From the NCBI GenBank assembly GCA_016212695.1, contig JACREX010000048.1, forward strand, positions 5,984-69,983: a stretch of DNA of 64,000 bases. Direction: 5' to 3'. Below are positions 17,854 through 28,136 of this stretch, piece by piece (within the stretch, counting starts at the first letter, position 1; each line of letters begins with the position of its first letter). The stretch is from Bacteroidia bacterium. GTDB lineage: Bacteria; Bacteroidota; Bacteroidia; Bacteroidales; GWF2-35-48. Below the pieces are notes generated by a model. That model made no database searches and had not been told where the DNA came from. It worked only from the letters and a program-made list of their open reading frames with translations. Position numbers and translations under genes: made by a program.

Positions 17854-18162
17854 TTGAAAGCAGACCTTGCCTACCGGCAGGCAGAATTATTTTACTCAGC
17901 ATTTTTAAGTTTACCAGAAACAGAAAAAGAAAATTTTTTAAGTCGTTTATTAAATAGTTTAAATGACAAAGCGATTGCCTTTACATCAAAAGGAAAACCA
18001 TTAACTAAAAAGCAGTATGTCCAACACATAGAAACCATTAGTAAAGATGTCAAAAAGGGTAATTTTATATCACATGAACAATTAATTCACCAAATTTTAA
18101 AATTAAACTCCAGGGTCTCCTTCCTGCTTCTGTGGATTTTGTTTATTATTTATGAATTTTAG
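17854..18162 (+). CDS. Small hypothetical protein, possibly a decayed antitoxin-like gene
   Basis: Non-ATG start inside a palindromic repeat copy. FLSLPETEKENFLSRLLNSL resembles the 'addiction module component' helix pattern. The hydrophobic tail looks like read-through. Weak call. Confidence 0.25.
   Translation: MKADLAYRQAELFYSAFLSLPETEKENFLSRLLNSLNDKAIAFTSKGKPLTKKQYVQHIETISKDVKKGNFISHEQLIHQILKLNSRVSFLLLWILFIIYEF
17865..17884. repeat. Palindromic 21-nt repeat, copy 1 (inverted orientation, 20 of 21 nt)
   Basis: CCTTGCCTACCGGCAGGCAG is the reverse complement of the motif at 36244 and 62531. Confidence 0.8.
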
Positions 18163-18203
18163 TATATGATCTGAAATAAAATCTCTGAGTTTAAAATGAA
18201 AAT

Positions 18204-21200
18204 TTATTCAATCAAAATAAAAGCCGCCCAAAAGTAAGGATCATACTTCTTTCTCATCTCCATTTGTGTTTCATTAAATGATTTTCGAATGTCTTTTAAC
18301 AGTAACAACTTTTCATAAAATCGTATCATGAATTCCGAGGTTTCTTTGTCAGGAACCTGCCATAAACTCATTACTATAAAATTTACTCCAGCTATTTTGA
18401 ATGCTCGCTGCAGGCCATACACACCCTCGCTGCCCTTGATATCGCCAAGGCCGGTTTCGCAGGCTGACATGACCAGAACCCGGGTATTGGGAAGATTCAT
18501 ATTCGATACTTCGTAAGCTGTAAGAACCCCATCTTCGCCTTCAATGGTTGTTTTAGTCCACACATCATTGGCCTTAGCCAGAACCAATCCGGAACGCATC
18601 AACGGGTTTGCACTGTTTACAAAATTTTCTAATCCAAAACCGCTATTGCCTCCGCGAAAAACAACATCATTTTTAACTGATTTTTTATCCATATCTTCTT
18701 TCAGCCCTTTTGGGTCCGGGAAAAAAAAGCCATGCGTTGCAATATGAATTATCTGGGGTGAATTTTTTCCATTTAATGATTTAAAATTTTCTTCGCTGGC
18801 AAGTAATCCTTCGTATTCGTTAGGTTTTATTTTATTCTTAATAAAAGAATCGGCTATTTTATTTGCTTCCTGCCTGCTGCCTTCAAGATATTTCCATATC
18901 TCAGGCCCGGAAGATTCTGTGCTGAACCGTGCGCCGCCAAAAATACATACTTTTATATCCTTACCGGCTAAATCATGGTTGCCTTTTTCAGTGATTGCAG
19001 AGGTTGATGAAACGGCATTCAATATATATTTTTCTGACAAATATTTGTTTTCTTTTGTCTTTATGGCTGCAAAAGAAATTTTATGCAGTAAACCGGAGGG
19101 AGAATAATAAATCGTTTTTATAACTGCCGGTAATGAATCTAAATTTTTCCAGATGATGTCATACAACTTGTTGTTTTTAGCATTCACGGTTCCATAAATA
19201 TTTGTGATATAATCGAGATTATTTCCGCCATACACACCTATCAGGTTTTCAAGTTCTTTTGCCTCAAAAAGCGGGATCATTTCAGGAGATTTACTTTCAG
19301 GCAAAATTACGAGTGCGCAATAATTGTCGCTGTAGGTATTATTTTTCTCAAGCCTTTTAAAATGTGTAAATTCAATAGCAGCTTCATTGGGTTTTATTTG
19401 TTTTTTTATATCAGTCCAGTCCTGTTTAAAAAGCTCAACATCATTGCTAAGGTCATTTGATTTTGTGACCAGTTCCTTTTCCAGCATATTGGCTTTTTCC
19501 TCCATAGTTTCTATACTCCGGTCACTGTCTTTTGCAGTAGATGTATATAATTTTGCCAACTGTTGCTTTGTACCAATCCACTCATTATATTTGCTGATCA
19601 TTTCCTTGTCATTGCTATTCAGAATCGTATTTTTTATTTTACCGGATGTCCGCAACAGAATGCCTTTGTTTATCAATTCGTTTTTGTAAACCAGAGCGGT
19701 AACAGACGGATTATTTTTTTTGCTTTTCATGGCAAAGGAATTTAGCATGTCATTGTAGTGTGATATTGTTTTTAAATAATCTGATTTTTCTTCTTCAGAT
19801 AAAAAAGAGAAGTTGTTTTTTATGAGTTCATGATTTAACTGCATAGCCCGGGTATAATACTTTTCTGCATCGGTAAATTTACCGGTACCTTCGTAAATAT
19901 AGGCAAGACTTGACATCACATCGGAGCAAACCGGGTTGCTTTCTCCAAAAACAGATTGCTTTAATTTCAACGATTCTAAAGCGTATTGTTCTGCTTTATC
20001 ATATTTGGATAAACCGGTATAGAGCAGCGCCAGGTTATGATAACCGACAGCCAGATCAGAGTGGTTCTCTCCAAATATTTTCTTTTCAATTTCAATTGTT
20101 TTTAAATACAAAGGTTCAGCATTAACGAATTGCCCTGTGTTACGGTATAATTCAGCCAGGTTGCTCAGGTGCGTAATGTAATCGGGATGATTCACGCCAT
20201 GTATTACGCTATCAATTTTTAATGCTCTTGTAAAATAACCTGCGGCTTTATCTGTGAATTCTGCAGCGTCTTTATCATTGGCAGAACCAATCGCTTTTGC
20301 CAGGAATAAAGCGCCAAGATTACTCAGCGTTGTTGTATAATTTGAATTTTTCTCACCATAAATTTTTTCATATTTTGTCAGGGCTTCTGTATAATTTTTT
20401 TCCGCCTTACTATAATTCCCGGTTTCATAATAAAAGACACCCAGGTTTAATACAGTGGTTACATAATTGGGATGTTCCATACCTAATTTTTCCTTTGTAA
20501 TACGAACCGATTCCAGTAAATATTCTTCTGCCTGCTTGTTATTACCTTTTTTAATCATCGTATTGGCCAGGGCGTTTAGCATATTTACATTATCCGGATG
20601 CTCTTTGCCGAATGAGGTATATTGGATTTCCAGCGCTTTTTTAAGTATATCTTCTGATTTTTTATAATCGCCGGATTCATAATAAAACAAACCCAGGTTA
20701 TTCAAAAAGGTGGCATATTCAGGATGCATGTCGCCATAGATTTTTTCAAAAATAATCTGACATTTTCTATAGGTTTCACCAGCCATCTGGTAATTTCCGA
20801 GAGTGCTGTAAAGCCCCGCCAGACTGTTAAGGGTATTTGCAAAGGAGGCATGAAATTCGCCCACAGTCTTTATTTGAATTTCCAGCGCTTTTTTAAGTAA
20901 TTTTTCAGCATTCCCGAAGTCACCTCTGGTGATTTTCACATTAGCCAGATTGAATATCGTTACAGCATATTCAGCGTGATTCTCACCCTGAATTTCTTTC
21001 CGGAGCTCGGCTGCATTTTCAAATTGTGCTTCAGCAGTTTTATAATCTCCGGTCTGTTCAAAAAGCAAAGCGAGATTATTTAAGGATGTTACATAAGCAT
21101 CGTATTTTTCACCATAGAGATTTTTTTGAATATCCATAGCCCTTTTCGTTAGTTCAATGGCCTCTTTATATTTCGCGTTGGAGGAATAAACGGATGCCAT

Positions 21201-22280
21201 ATTGCTTAGTGCAATGGCATAATTCGGATTCGTTTCTCCATAAATGTTTTTATAAATGGAAATAGTCTGGTCAAATAATTTTTCTGCTTCTTTGTATTTA
21301 CCCATATTATCATATAATACGGCCAAATTCGAAAGAGTAAGGGCATAAAAACCGCTCTCTTTTTTGTACACTTTTTCTTTAATTTTCAATGATTTCAGAT
21401 ACAACTCCTCGGCCTTCGCATTCCTACCCTGCTTTTCGTAAGTAACCGCTATATTGTTAAGTGCAGTGGCATAATCAGCGCTTATTTCTCCAAACAGTTT
21501 TCTGCAAGCCTCTGCAAAATCAAGATACACATTTTCTGATTTTTCATACAGCCCAGCCTTTATATAAAGTTCTCCAAGTGTGTTTAAAGATGTTAGATAC
21601 TCCTTGCTTGATTTACCATACGTATTGCCAATAATTTCAGCGGCATTTTTATAAAAAGGCTCAGCTTTTTCAAATTTTCCGTTGGCATAATAAAACGGTG
21701 CAATTATATTAACCATGGCCTGATACAGAGAATCAGTTTCTTTATACTCACTTTTCACTACGTTAAAAACGTCTTCGTAGATTTCTTCTGCTTTTTTATA
21801 ACTGCCGGCCATGTTGTAGATATTCGCCTGCTGAATGGCCGTATTAACAAAATCCATACTGTTTTTCCCCTGGTCTTTCTCAATAAAATCCAGCACTTCT
21901 TTCATCAACGGATAGGCTATGGAGTATTTTTTAATATAGGTGTAATTGACAGCAAGGTTGTAGGTAACCATTATATAATTGTAGTTATTTTTACCCGAAA
22001 GCGATTTATATAATTCTTGTGTTTCTTTGTATGTTTCAACCGCTTTATCGTAATCCTGAATACTGTAATAAGCAAAGGCGATGTATCTCAAAACACTTAT
22101 ATAATTAGTATCTTTTTTACCTATAAGTGTTAAAGTTTTATTCCCAGTTTCAATGGCTTTTTTAAATTCCTGCGATTGAAATTGTTTTAAAAAAGTTTGA
22201 TAAGAACTTTTCCATTCTTGAGAAAAACAAACATGAAAAGTGAATAAGGTAAAAATAGTAATGAAGGTGGTTTTCTTCAT
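18204..22280 (-). CDS. Secreted TPR-repeat protein with a C-terminal CHAT (caspase-fold) protease domain
   Basis: Signal peptide MKKTTFITIFTLFTFHVCFSQ. About 17-20 TPR units (recurrent ..A..YN/LA..Y...G.Y.KAE..Y pattern). C-terminal CHAT dyad motifs IIHIATHGFF (His) and LVMSACETGLG (Cys). Confidence 0.85.
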   Translation of the reverse strand: MKKTTFITIFTLFTFHVCFSQEWKSSYQTFLKQFQSQEFKKAIETGNKTLTLIGKKDTNYISVLRYIAFAYYSIQDYDKAVETYKETQELYKSLSGKNNYNYIMVTYNLAVNYTYIKKYSIAYPLMKEVLDFIEKDQGKNSMDFVNTAIQQANIYNMAGSYKKAEEIYEDVFNVVKSEYKETDSLYQAMVNIIAPFYYANGKFEKAEPFYKNAAEIIGNTYGKSSKEYLTSLNTLGELYIKAGLYEKSENVYLDFAEACRKLFGEISADYATALNNIAVTYEKQGRNAKAEELYLKSLKIKEKVYKKESGFYALTLSNLAVLYDNMGKYKEAEKLFDQTISIYKNIYGETNPNYAIALSNMASVYSSNAKYKEAIELTKRAMDIQKNLYGEKYDAYVTSLNNLALLFEQTGDYKTAEAQFENAAELRKEIQGENHAEYAVTIFNLANVKITRGDFGNAEKLLKKALEIQIKTVGEFHASFANTLNSLAGLYSTLGNYQMAGETYRKCQIIFEKIYGDMHPEYATFLNNLGLFYYESGDYKKSEDILKKALEIQYTSFGKEHPDNVNMLNALANTMIKKGNNKQAEEYLLESVRITKEKLGMEHPNYVTTVLNLGVFYYETGNYSKAEKNYTEALTKYEKIYGEKNSNYTTTLSNLGALFLAKAIGSANDKDAAEFTDKAAGYFTRALKIDSVIHGVNHPDYITHLSNLAELYRNTGQFVNAEPLYLKTIEIEKKIFGENHSDLAVGYHNLALLYTGLSKYDKAEQYALESLKLKQSVFGESNPVCSDVMSSLAYIYEGTGKFTDAEKYYTRAMQLNHELIKNNFSFLSEEEKSDYLKTISHYNDMLNSFAMKSKKNNPSVTALVYKNELINKGILLRTSGKIKNTILNSNDKEMISKYNEWIGTKQQLAKLYTSTAKDSDRSIETMEEKANMLEKELVTKSNDLSNDVELFKQDWTDIKKQIKPNEAAIEFTHFKRLEKNNTYSDNYCALVILPESKSPEMIPLFEAKELENLIGVYGGNNLDYITNIYGTVNAKNNKLYDIIWKNLDSLPAVIKTIYYSPSGLLHKISFAAIKTKENKYLSEKYILNAVSSTSAITEKGNHDLAGKDIKVCIFGGARFSTESSGPEIWKYLEGSRQEANKIADSFIKNKIKPNEYEGLLASEENFKSLNGKNSPQIIHIATHGFFFPDPKGLKEDMDKKSVKNDVVFRGGNSGFGLENFVNSANPLMRSGLVLAKANDVWTKTTIEGEDGVLTAYEVSNMNLPNTRVLVMSACETGLGDIKGSEGVYGLQRAFKIAGVNFIVMSLWQVPDKETSEFMIRFYEKLLLLKDIRKSFNETQMEMRKKYDPYFWAAFILIE

Positions 22281-22367
22281 TTTTTTAAATTCATGGTTTC
22301 ACTAAAAAATAAAATGGATATTGCTTTCCACATCTATAACTAATACAAACTCGAAACTTTAAACATA

Positions 22368-25300
22368 TTACCACACCCTGAAATCAAACTCCAGATTCTC
22401 TTTCCTGCTGGTCGGATTTTGTTTGCCATTTGTAAGCTTTTGTACGCAGTCTGAAATATAATCTCTGAGTTCAGAAACTGTGATTTGCTTGTCTTTGTTT
22501 TTATCTGCATGACCGGTTTTCAGGCCTTCAAGTAAGGCATAAGTAAACACACCATTCTTCCAGTTTTTGGATTCAAAAGCAAATTCTTTACCGCCTGCTG
22601 AAGAGATTACCATAGCGCCTGATCCCCTGCGTAAGTCTGCAAACAAGGTTTGCATGAGTTCAAAAGAATTTTGCAGACCCAAAGAATTTTCTTTATTCTT
22701 CAGCCCGTTGAATCCCCTGAATTTTACATCACCGATACTTGTTTCTTTCACTGCAGTCAGCTCCACCTCATCTTTATCCACTTCTCCGGAATGACAGGCA
22801 TCAATAAAAATTAATTTCTTTAAGGCAGGAATACCATCCACCAAATTTTCTAGTTCATCATACGACATACCACGTAGAGATGGATGGTTAAAATCCACAT
22901 CAGTAGTAGCAAAATAATAGTCGAGTTTTTCATCTAACAAACCGTGGCTGGCTATAAATACCAACACCTGGTCGTCGGGTTTGCTTTGTTTTAAAAATTC
23001 TTTGGCTTTTAATATGTTCTCCTTGGTTGCATTTTTATTTGTGATCAGGAGCGTGAAAGTTTCGCCGGGGCTTTGTTTTTTTTCTTTGAATATTGATGAA
23101 AAATCTATCGCATCTTTGGCTGCATAGGTGAGATTAAACTGCTTGTCATGGTATTCCGATACACCAATGGATACAATGTACAAATCGGATTTGAATGCTT
23201 CTTTGGGTTCATATTTTATTTCTAAGTTTTCACGCAGACTTTCCACCCCTTTTTCATTTAAACATGAAATTTCGATTTTGTTTTTCCCATTCATTAAATC
23301 CACCTCTAATTGTTTTGAAAATTGCTTTGTGTTTTCATCTCTAAGGTTAATCCCGTTTACTCCAAATACAGGAACATCATTGATCCAGACGTTTATGCGG
23401 TCGAGTTTGAATTCCGTATCTTTTGCAAGAATTTTTAAAAGTAGTTTTTTATCACGGGTGGTCAATGGAATATTGTTTTTATTCTCTAAAACGATTTCAG
23501 GAATATGAAAAACATGAGAAAACATATTTTCTGAAAAATTTAATTTCTTAAGCCTTTTCAGATAAGCCATGCGGTAGGAATTGATGACGGCAGAATCTAC
23601 ATAACTTAATCTTTTCAGAATTATGTCAGGCCGGTTGTACTGCATATCATACTGATCGAACAGGAAAACTTTGTTGTCTTTCACAAAATGAACTGCATCG
23701 GTTCCTTTTTTTGTGGACATATAATAACCATCGGGCGTATAAACAATATATTCGTTACCGGGTCCGGAAAGAGAAATAAATGTCGCTACTTCGTTTCCGT
23801 TTTTGGCATCATAGAATTTAATCTGTCCGTCGTCGCTACCCGAAATGATGTATTTTCCATCGGCGCTGCAGCACACATCGTGAACCGAAGTAACATTTCC
23901 TTTGAGAATAAAATGCTCTTTGCCTGTGAGAATATCATATACTCCGATAGCTGTTCCATAGGTGCTCACCACTACAAATTTCCCATCGGCAGTGATACAC
24001 ATTGACGTAACAGAATTGAGTTGTTTTGGATAAGAAAGCAGTTCCTTTTTATTTTCAAAATCCCACAATTTGATTGTATAATCACTGCTGCCTGTGATCA
24101 GGTATTTCCCATCTTTACTGAAAAGCGCCTTATGTATACTCCTCTGCTTTGTTTTGATTTTACAGTTCCGTTTGTTATTAATAATATCCCAGTATGTTAA
24201 AATACCATCGTTCCCGCCAGCCGCTAAATATTTTGAATCGGGACTAAAACAAACTGTATATACGGAGGCTCTGTCAATTTTTTTAAGTAAAATTTGCTTC
24301 CCATTTTCCATGTTAATAAGAGTGACACCCGATTCAGCCACTGCCAGCCATTTTCCGTCAGGGCTAAAGCACAGGTCGTTAATCATCCACGATGTTTTAA
24401 GGAGTTCTTTCAGTGTCTCGCCTGAAGCAATATCTACCAGCACAATGGAACTTTTTTTCCGGTCTTCACAGGCAGCATATTTTCCATCAGGTCTGATGGA
24501 GAAGCGACAGGAATATTTCATTTTACTGATCACCTTCGGTTTCATCACTTCCCACATTTGCAGGTTTAAAAAGCCATAGCCATCTAATAAATATTTGTTG
24601 TCAGGTGTTATAGCCACGCTTAGAACGGCGGCAGAACTACCTTTAAATTTTCCCAGGTCTTTTCCTGTACTGACTTCCCAAAAGCGGATTTGTTTGTCCT
24701 GTGCGGTGGTTACAAAATATTTTCCGTCGGGGCTCAGGCAGGTTCCAAAAATATAATCTGTGTGACCGGTAAAAATCTGCTCAATACTGTCGGTGACACA
24801 ATTTTTAAGAATCATGTTACGCGCTTTGTCGTCCTGATATATCAGGCTGCCGCCGCCTTTGGCAAACAACACGGGACCCAGACCGGTAAAAGAGTTCAAT
24901 TCTTTTTGCGAATTAATGTCAATAATTTTGATGACAGGTTTTGCATCGAATTCGTTTTCATAGCTTGCTAATTTTTTACTATCAGGACTGAAATCAATAG
25001 AATTTACGGTGGACAAAAAGAGGTTGAAAATCTTTAATTCTTTTCCAGTTTCGGGATCCCAGAAAACAACGGTTTTATCGCCGCTGCCGCTGGCAAAAAA
25101 ACTGCCGTCGGGACTGAATTTTATTTTAGTCACCCATTGGGTATGTTTGGTCAGAATATATTTTACTTGGTAATTTTTAAGGTCCCAGCAACGGATGGTT
25201 TTATCGGAGCTTCCGCTAACCAATAATGGTTTATCAGGACTATAAGCGAGTGTGGTGACAATATTTGTATGACCCTTTAACAGGGCAATTTTATCTCCTG

Positions 25301-25628
25301 TAAAGTAATCAACAATTTTAATATGGGTATTGAAAGTGCTGCCGGAATCCTGCGCCACAAAAGCAACCTGTTTACCATCGGGGCTAAAACATACTGGATC
25401 GCGGCCATCGAAAGATTTAAGCTCCCTGCCGGTAGGGACGTCCCATATAATAATATTATTGCCTCCTGCTGTTGCTACATATTTCCCATCAGTACTGTAT
25501 GCTGAATAGTTAGCGGCAAATATCTGCCCGTGGCCTTTTTGTATGCGCAGTTCGGGTTGCTGGGAAAAAGAATTTATGCAAATATTGAATAAAATAACGG
25601 GTAGCCAGGTTTTTAAAATTGCAGCCAT
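22368..25628 (-). CDS. Secreted WD40-repeat protein with a C-terminal caspase (peptidase C14) domain
   Basis: Signal peptide MAAILKTWLPVILFNICINSFSQ. Many WD40 blades (IIIWDVPTG, IRCWDLKN, VVFWDPETG, IKLWDFEN..). C-terminal caspase dyad motifs VLVFIASHGLL (His) and LIFIDACHSGE (Cys). Confidence 0.85.
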   Translation of the reverse strand: MAAILKTWLPVILFNICINSFSQQPELRIQKGHGQIFAANYSAYSTDGKYVATAGGNNIIIWDVPTGRELKSFDGRDPVCFSPDGKQVAFVAQDSGSTFNTHIKIVDYFTGDKIALLKGHTNIVTTLAYSPDKPLLVSGSSDKTIRCWDLKNYQVKYILTKHTQWVTKIKFSPDGSFFASGSGDKTVVFWDPETGKELKIFNLFLSTVNSIDFSPDSKKLASYENEFDAKPVIKIIDINSQKELNSFTGLGPVLFAKGGGSLIYQDDKARNMILKNCVTDSIEQIFTGHTDYIFGTCLSPDGKYFVTTAQDKQIRFWEVSTGKDLGKFKGSSAAVLSVAITPDNKYLLDGYGFLNLQMWEVMKPKVISKMKYSCRFSIRPDGKYAACEDRKKSSIVLVDIASGETLKELLKTSWMINDLCFSPDGKWLAVAESGVTLINMENGKQILLKKIDRASVYTVCFSPDSKYLAAGGNDGILTYWDIINNKRNCKIKTKQRSIHKALFSKDGKYLITGSSDYTIKLWDFENKKELLSYPKQLNSVTSMCITADGKFVVVSTYGTAIGVYDILTGKEHFILKGNVTSVHDVCCSADGKYIISGSDDGQIKFYDAKNGNEVATFISLSGPGNEYIVYTPDGYYMSTKKGTDAVHFVKDNKVFLFDQYDMQYNRPDIILKRLSYVDSAVINSYRMAYLKRLKKLNFSENMFSHVFHIPEIVLENKNNIPLTTRDKKLLLKILAKDTEFKLDRINVWINDVPVFGVNGINLRDENTKQFSKQLEVDLMNGKNKIEISCLNEKGVESLRENLEIKYEPKEAFKSDLYIVSIGVSEYHDKQFNLTYAAKDAIDFSSIFKEKKQSPGETFTLLITNKNATKENILKAKEFLKQSKPDDQVLVFIASHGLLDEKLDYYFATTDVDFNHPSLRGMSYDELENLVDGIPALKKLIFIDACHSGEVDKDEVELTAVKETSIGDVKFRGFNGLKNKENSLGLQNSFELMQTLFADLRRGSGAMVISSAGGKEFAFESKNWKNGVFTYALLEGLKTGHADKNKDKQITVSELRDYISDCVQKLTNGKQNPTSRKENLEFDFRVW

Positions 25629-25644
25629 AACAATTGTCGGTTTA

Positions 25645-28017
25645 TCAAAATTGAAACCGTACTAAAAAAATATAAAATAATCCCAACTGGTAATCGTAAT
25701 TCACCTTGTTTTCTTTGGGATCATACGACTCAAGGAAAAAATTGCGGTGATTGGTGATATTCTGAACGTCAATACCGAATTCCATATTGAATTTCGGAAA
25801 ATTGAATTTCATTCCCGCTCTTACATCTATGCGGAAATAATCAGGATATCTTTTTTCATAGGCACGCGCAAAATCGTAAACTGCCGCATGGGCGACACGT
25901 GATAATGCCGTGTCAATCGGGATATATCTTTTTCCGCCGGCAGACACTATTTTCAGATCCAAAGACAGGGAATTATATTTCCCGATTTTGAATTTATATC
26001 CGCCCAACGCATTCACTACATAATTCCCGTTGAAAAGCGTATTTCTTTCCACGCTGTCGCTGCCCGTGTATTTTGATTCAAAAAGCGATGCTGTGAAAAG
26101 ATAATAATAATTTTTTGTCAGGAAATGTTCCACTGTCAGCTCGATGCCGTAATTTTTTCCTGCCCCGTTGTTTACAAGGCTGTCGATCCTACTCTGGTAA
26201 AATTCGCTTCCGAAATTTATGATTGAAAATGTGGAACTTTTTCTTTCGACGGGAATCTTCAATAACTGCTGATAATACACTTCTGTTTTCAGCCGCATGT
26301 TTTCGGTAATGAGAAAATCATACCCTAAAACAACCTGGTTGCTTCTGGTGAAAGTAAGGTTTTTATTGGTTTGTATCCTGGAATTATCCGGTAGTTTTGT
26401 CTCAACAAAATAAAACAGCATAGGCTGCAACTGGCTGTGGGCGCCGAATCCGATGCTGAGCGAATGCATGGCATTGAGCTTCCATTTGAAATTAAAACGG
26501 GGTTCCACCGCAAAATCGTTGTTCAGCGTAAAATGCTGGTAATGCAAACCTCCATTGATAATGTAATTATCTGTGATTTTGTGTTGCCACTGGATGTGCG
26601 ACTGGATGAGCGTAATATCTTTTCCGCGGGTGTCGGTCTGCTTGAAGAACTGATATGCGGGCGTGAGGATGCTGTCCGTATAATAGGCTGATATTTCATC
26701 AACTGTAAAACCTGCAGAAAAATAATTTTTTGAATTAATTTTTTTTGAATACTGCTCCGACAACGTGTATTTGATCTCATGGCTTTCGTTACCGTAATAC
26801 TGGAAAGACGGTTTATCTGTAAATGCAGAATCAGCCTTGATTTTTGTACGGCTACCGGACAACGCTATTCCTGAAACTAAGCGGGCTGAATTTGTGGCTT
26901 TCGGGTTTAGAAAAATCGAATGGGTGATACCGATAACCCCCATATCCGTACTGAAACGGATGTCCATATTGGGATGGCCGAAGGTCCAGTCCGAAGGCCT
27001 CTGTTCTTTCGATAAAATGTCAGTATAACTCATGCCCCCGACGCCGAAAACCGAAAAATTCCCTAATTTTCCTGCCGGAAGATCCGTTTTAAAAGACAAA
27101 TCCTGATACTGTGGCGTGGCCGACACGCCGAAACTGATTCCCATGGCGCGGAAAAATTCCAGTGTGGAATACCGGTAGCTGGTAAGGTAAGAGCCTTTAT
27201 AGTTTTTAGAAAAAGGCCCTTCTGCGCCAAATTCAAAACCATTAAGGCCTACCTGTGCAATGTATTCCCGTTTTTCATTGTTGCCGCTGCGCATATGAAG
27301 ATCGAATACGCCTGCCAGCGCATTGCCATATTCTGCAGGAAAAGCGCCGGTAAAAAAATCGGAGTTATCGAGAAGATTATTGTTTAAAATGCTGATGGGT
27401 CCTCCGGTTGTTCCCAGCGTGCCAAAGTGATTCGGATTCGGAATGTTGATGCCATCGAGCCTGTAAAGCACTCCCGACGGCGAATTGCCGCGGATGATAA
27501 TATCGTTTCTCTGGTCGCCTGCCGCCATTACCCCTGCATAATTGCAAACCATGCGCGCAGGATCGAACCATGTGCCTGCATAGCGTTCCGTCTCTTCAAC
27601 GGTGAACGAACGCGCGCTCACGCTGGCCATTTTATTCAGCGGCTGATCTTTCCGGATGCCCGCTTTCACCACTACTTCGTCGGTCATTATTACTTTTTCT
27701 TCCATCTCTGTTTTCAGCACAAGTTCTTTGCCGGAACTGAGTGTAACATTCGGTAGTATGATCGTATGATAACCGATAAAACTGAAACTGATATCGTATT
27801 TCGCTACCGGAACATCCTGTATTTTGAATTCTCCGTATTCGTTGGTAACAGCGCCTGTGAGCGGATTGGAATTCAGCAGCACCACATTCACTCCGGCCAG
27901 AGGTTGCCTGGAATTTTTATCAAATACCTGTCCGCGGATAGTCTGCCGAAAAGCGTTCTGAGTAAAACCCAAAGGCGCAAATAAAATAATAGATATTAAA
28001 ATTAAAACGGCTTTCAT
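25645..28017 (-). CDS. TonB-dependent outer-membrane receptor with an N-terminal carboxypeptidase-regulatory-like domain
   Basis: Signal peptide. IRGQVFDKNSRQPLAGVNVVL (CarbopepD_reg-like). Plug region (DIIIRGNSPSGVLYRLDGINIPNPNHF). Long beta-barrel ending in a terminal aromatic (..LVRFQF). Confidence 0.85.
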   Translation of the reverse strand: MKAVLILISIILFAPLGFTQNAFRQTIRGQVFDKNSRQPLAGVNVVLLNSNPLTGAVTNEYGEFKIQDVPVAKYDISFSFIGYHTIILPNVTLSSGKELVLKTEMEEKVIMTDEVVVKAGIRKDQPLNKMASVSARSFTVEETERYAGTWFDPARMVCNYAGVMAAGDQRNDIIIRGNSPSGVLYRLDGINIPNPNHFGTLGTTGGPISILNNNLLDNSDFFTGAFPAEYGNALAGVFDLHMRSGNNEKREYIAQVGLNGFEFGAEGPFSKNYKGSYLTSYRYSTLEFFRAMGISFGVSATPQYQDLSFKTDLPAGKLGNFSVFGVGGMSYTDILSKEQRPSDWTFGHPNMDIRFSTDMGVIGITHSIFLNPKATNSARLVSGIALSGSRTKIKADSAFTDKPSFQYYGNESHEIKYTLSEQYSKKINSKNYFSAGFTVDEISAYYTDSILTPAYQFFKQTDTRGKDITLIQSHIQWQHKITDNYIINGGLHYQHFTLNNDFAVEPRFNFKWKLNAMHSLSIGFGAHSQLQPMLFYFVETKLPDNSRIQTNKNLTFTRSNQVVLGYDFLITENMRLKTEVYYQQLLKIPVERKSSTFSIINFGSEFYQSRIDSLVNNGAGKNYGIELTVEHFLTKNYYYLFTASLFESKYTGSDSVERNTLFNGNYVVNALGGYKFKIGKYNSLSLDLKIVSAGGKRYIPIDTALSRVAHAAVYDFARAYEKRYPDYFRIDVRAGMKFNFPKFNMEFGIDVQNITNHRNFFLESYDPKENKVNYDYQLGLFYIFLVRFQF

Positions 28018-28033
28018 TTATAAAATTAATATG

Positions 28034-28041
28034 CAAATTTA
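28034..28041 (-). promoter_or_regulatory. Bacteroidota -7 promoter box (TAAATTTG on the minus strand) upstream of the TonB-dependent receptor gene
   Basis: Plus-strand CAAATTTA is TAAATTTG on the minus strand and matches TAnnTTTG. It lies 17 nt upstream of the ATG at 28017. Confidence 0.4.
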
Positions 28042-28136
28042 TCGAAAAACAGATAAATTTTTATAATAAAAATTGTATTAACCCTTTCGTAGAGTATTTA
28101 TTCTGGAATGTATGATCCTTATTTCTGATCGTGGGA

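Noticed and set aside
18204-22280. TPR-CHAT as a Csx29-like protease of a type III-E CRISPR (Craspase) system.
   Set aside because: There is no CRISPR array, gRAMP/Cas7-11 or other cas gene nearby. The protein is about twice the size I recall for Csx29 and starts with a Sec signal peptide, which is inconsistent with a cytoplasmic CRISPR effector partner.
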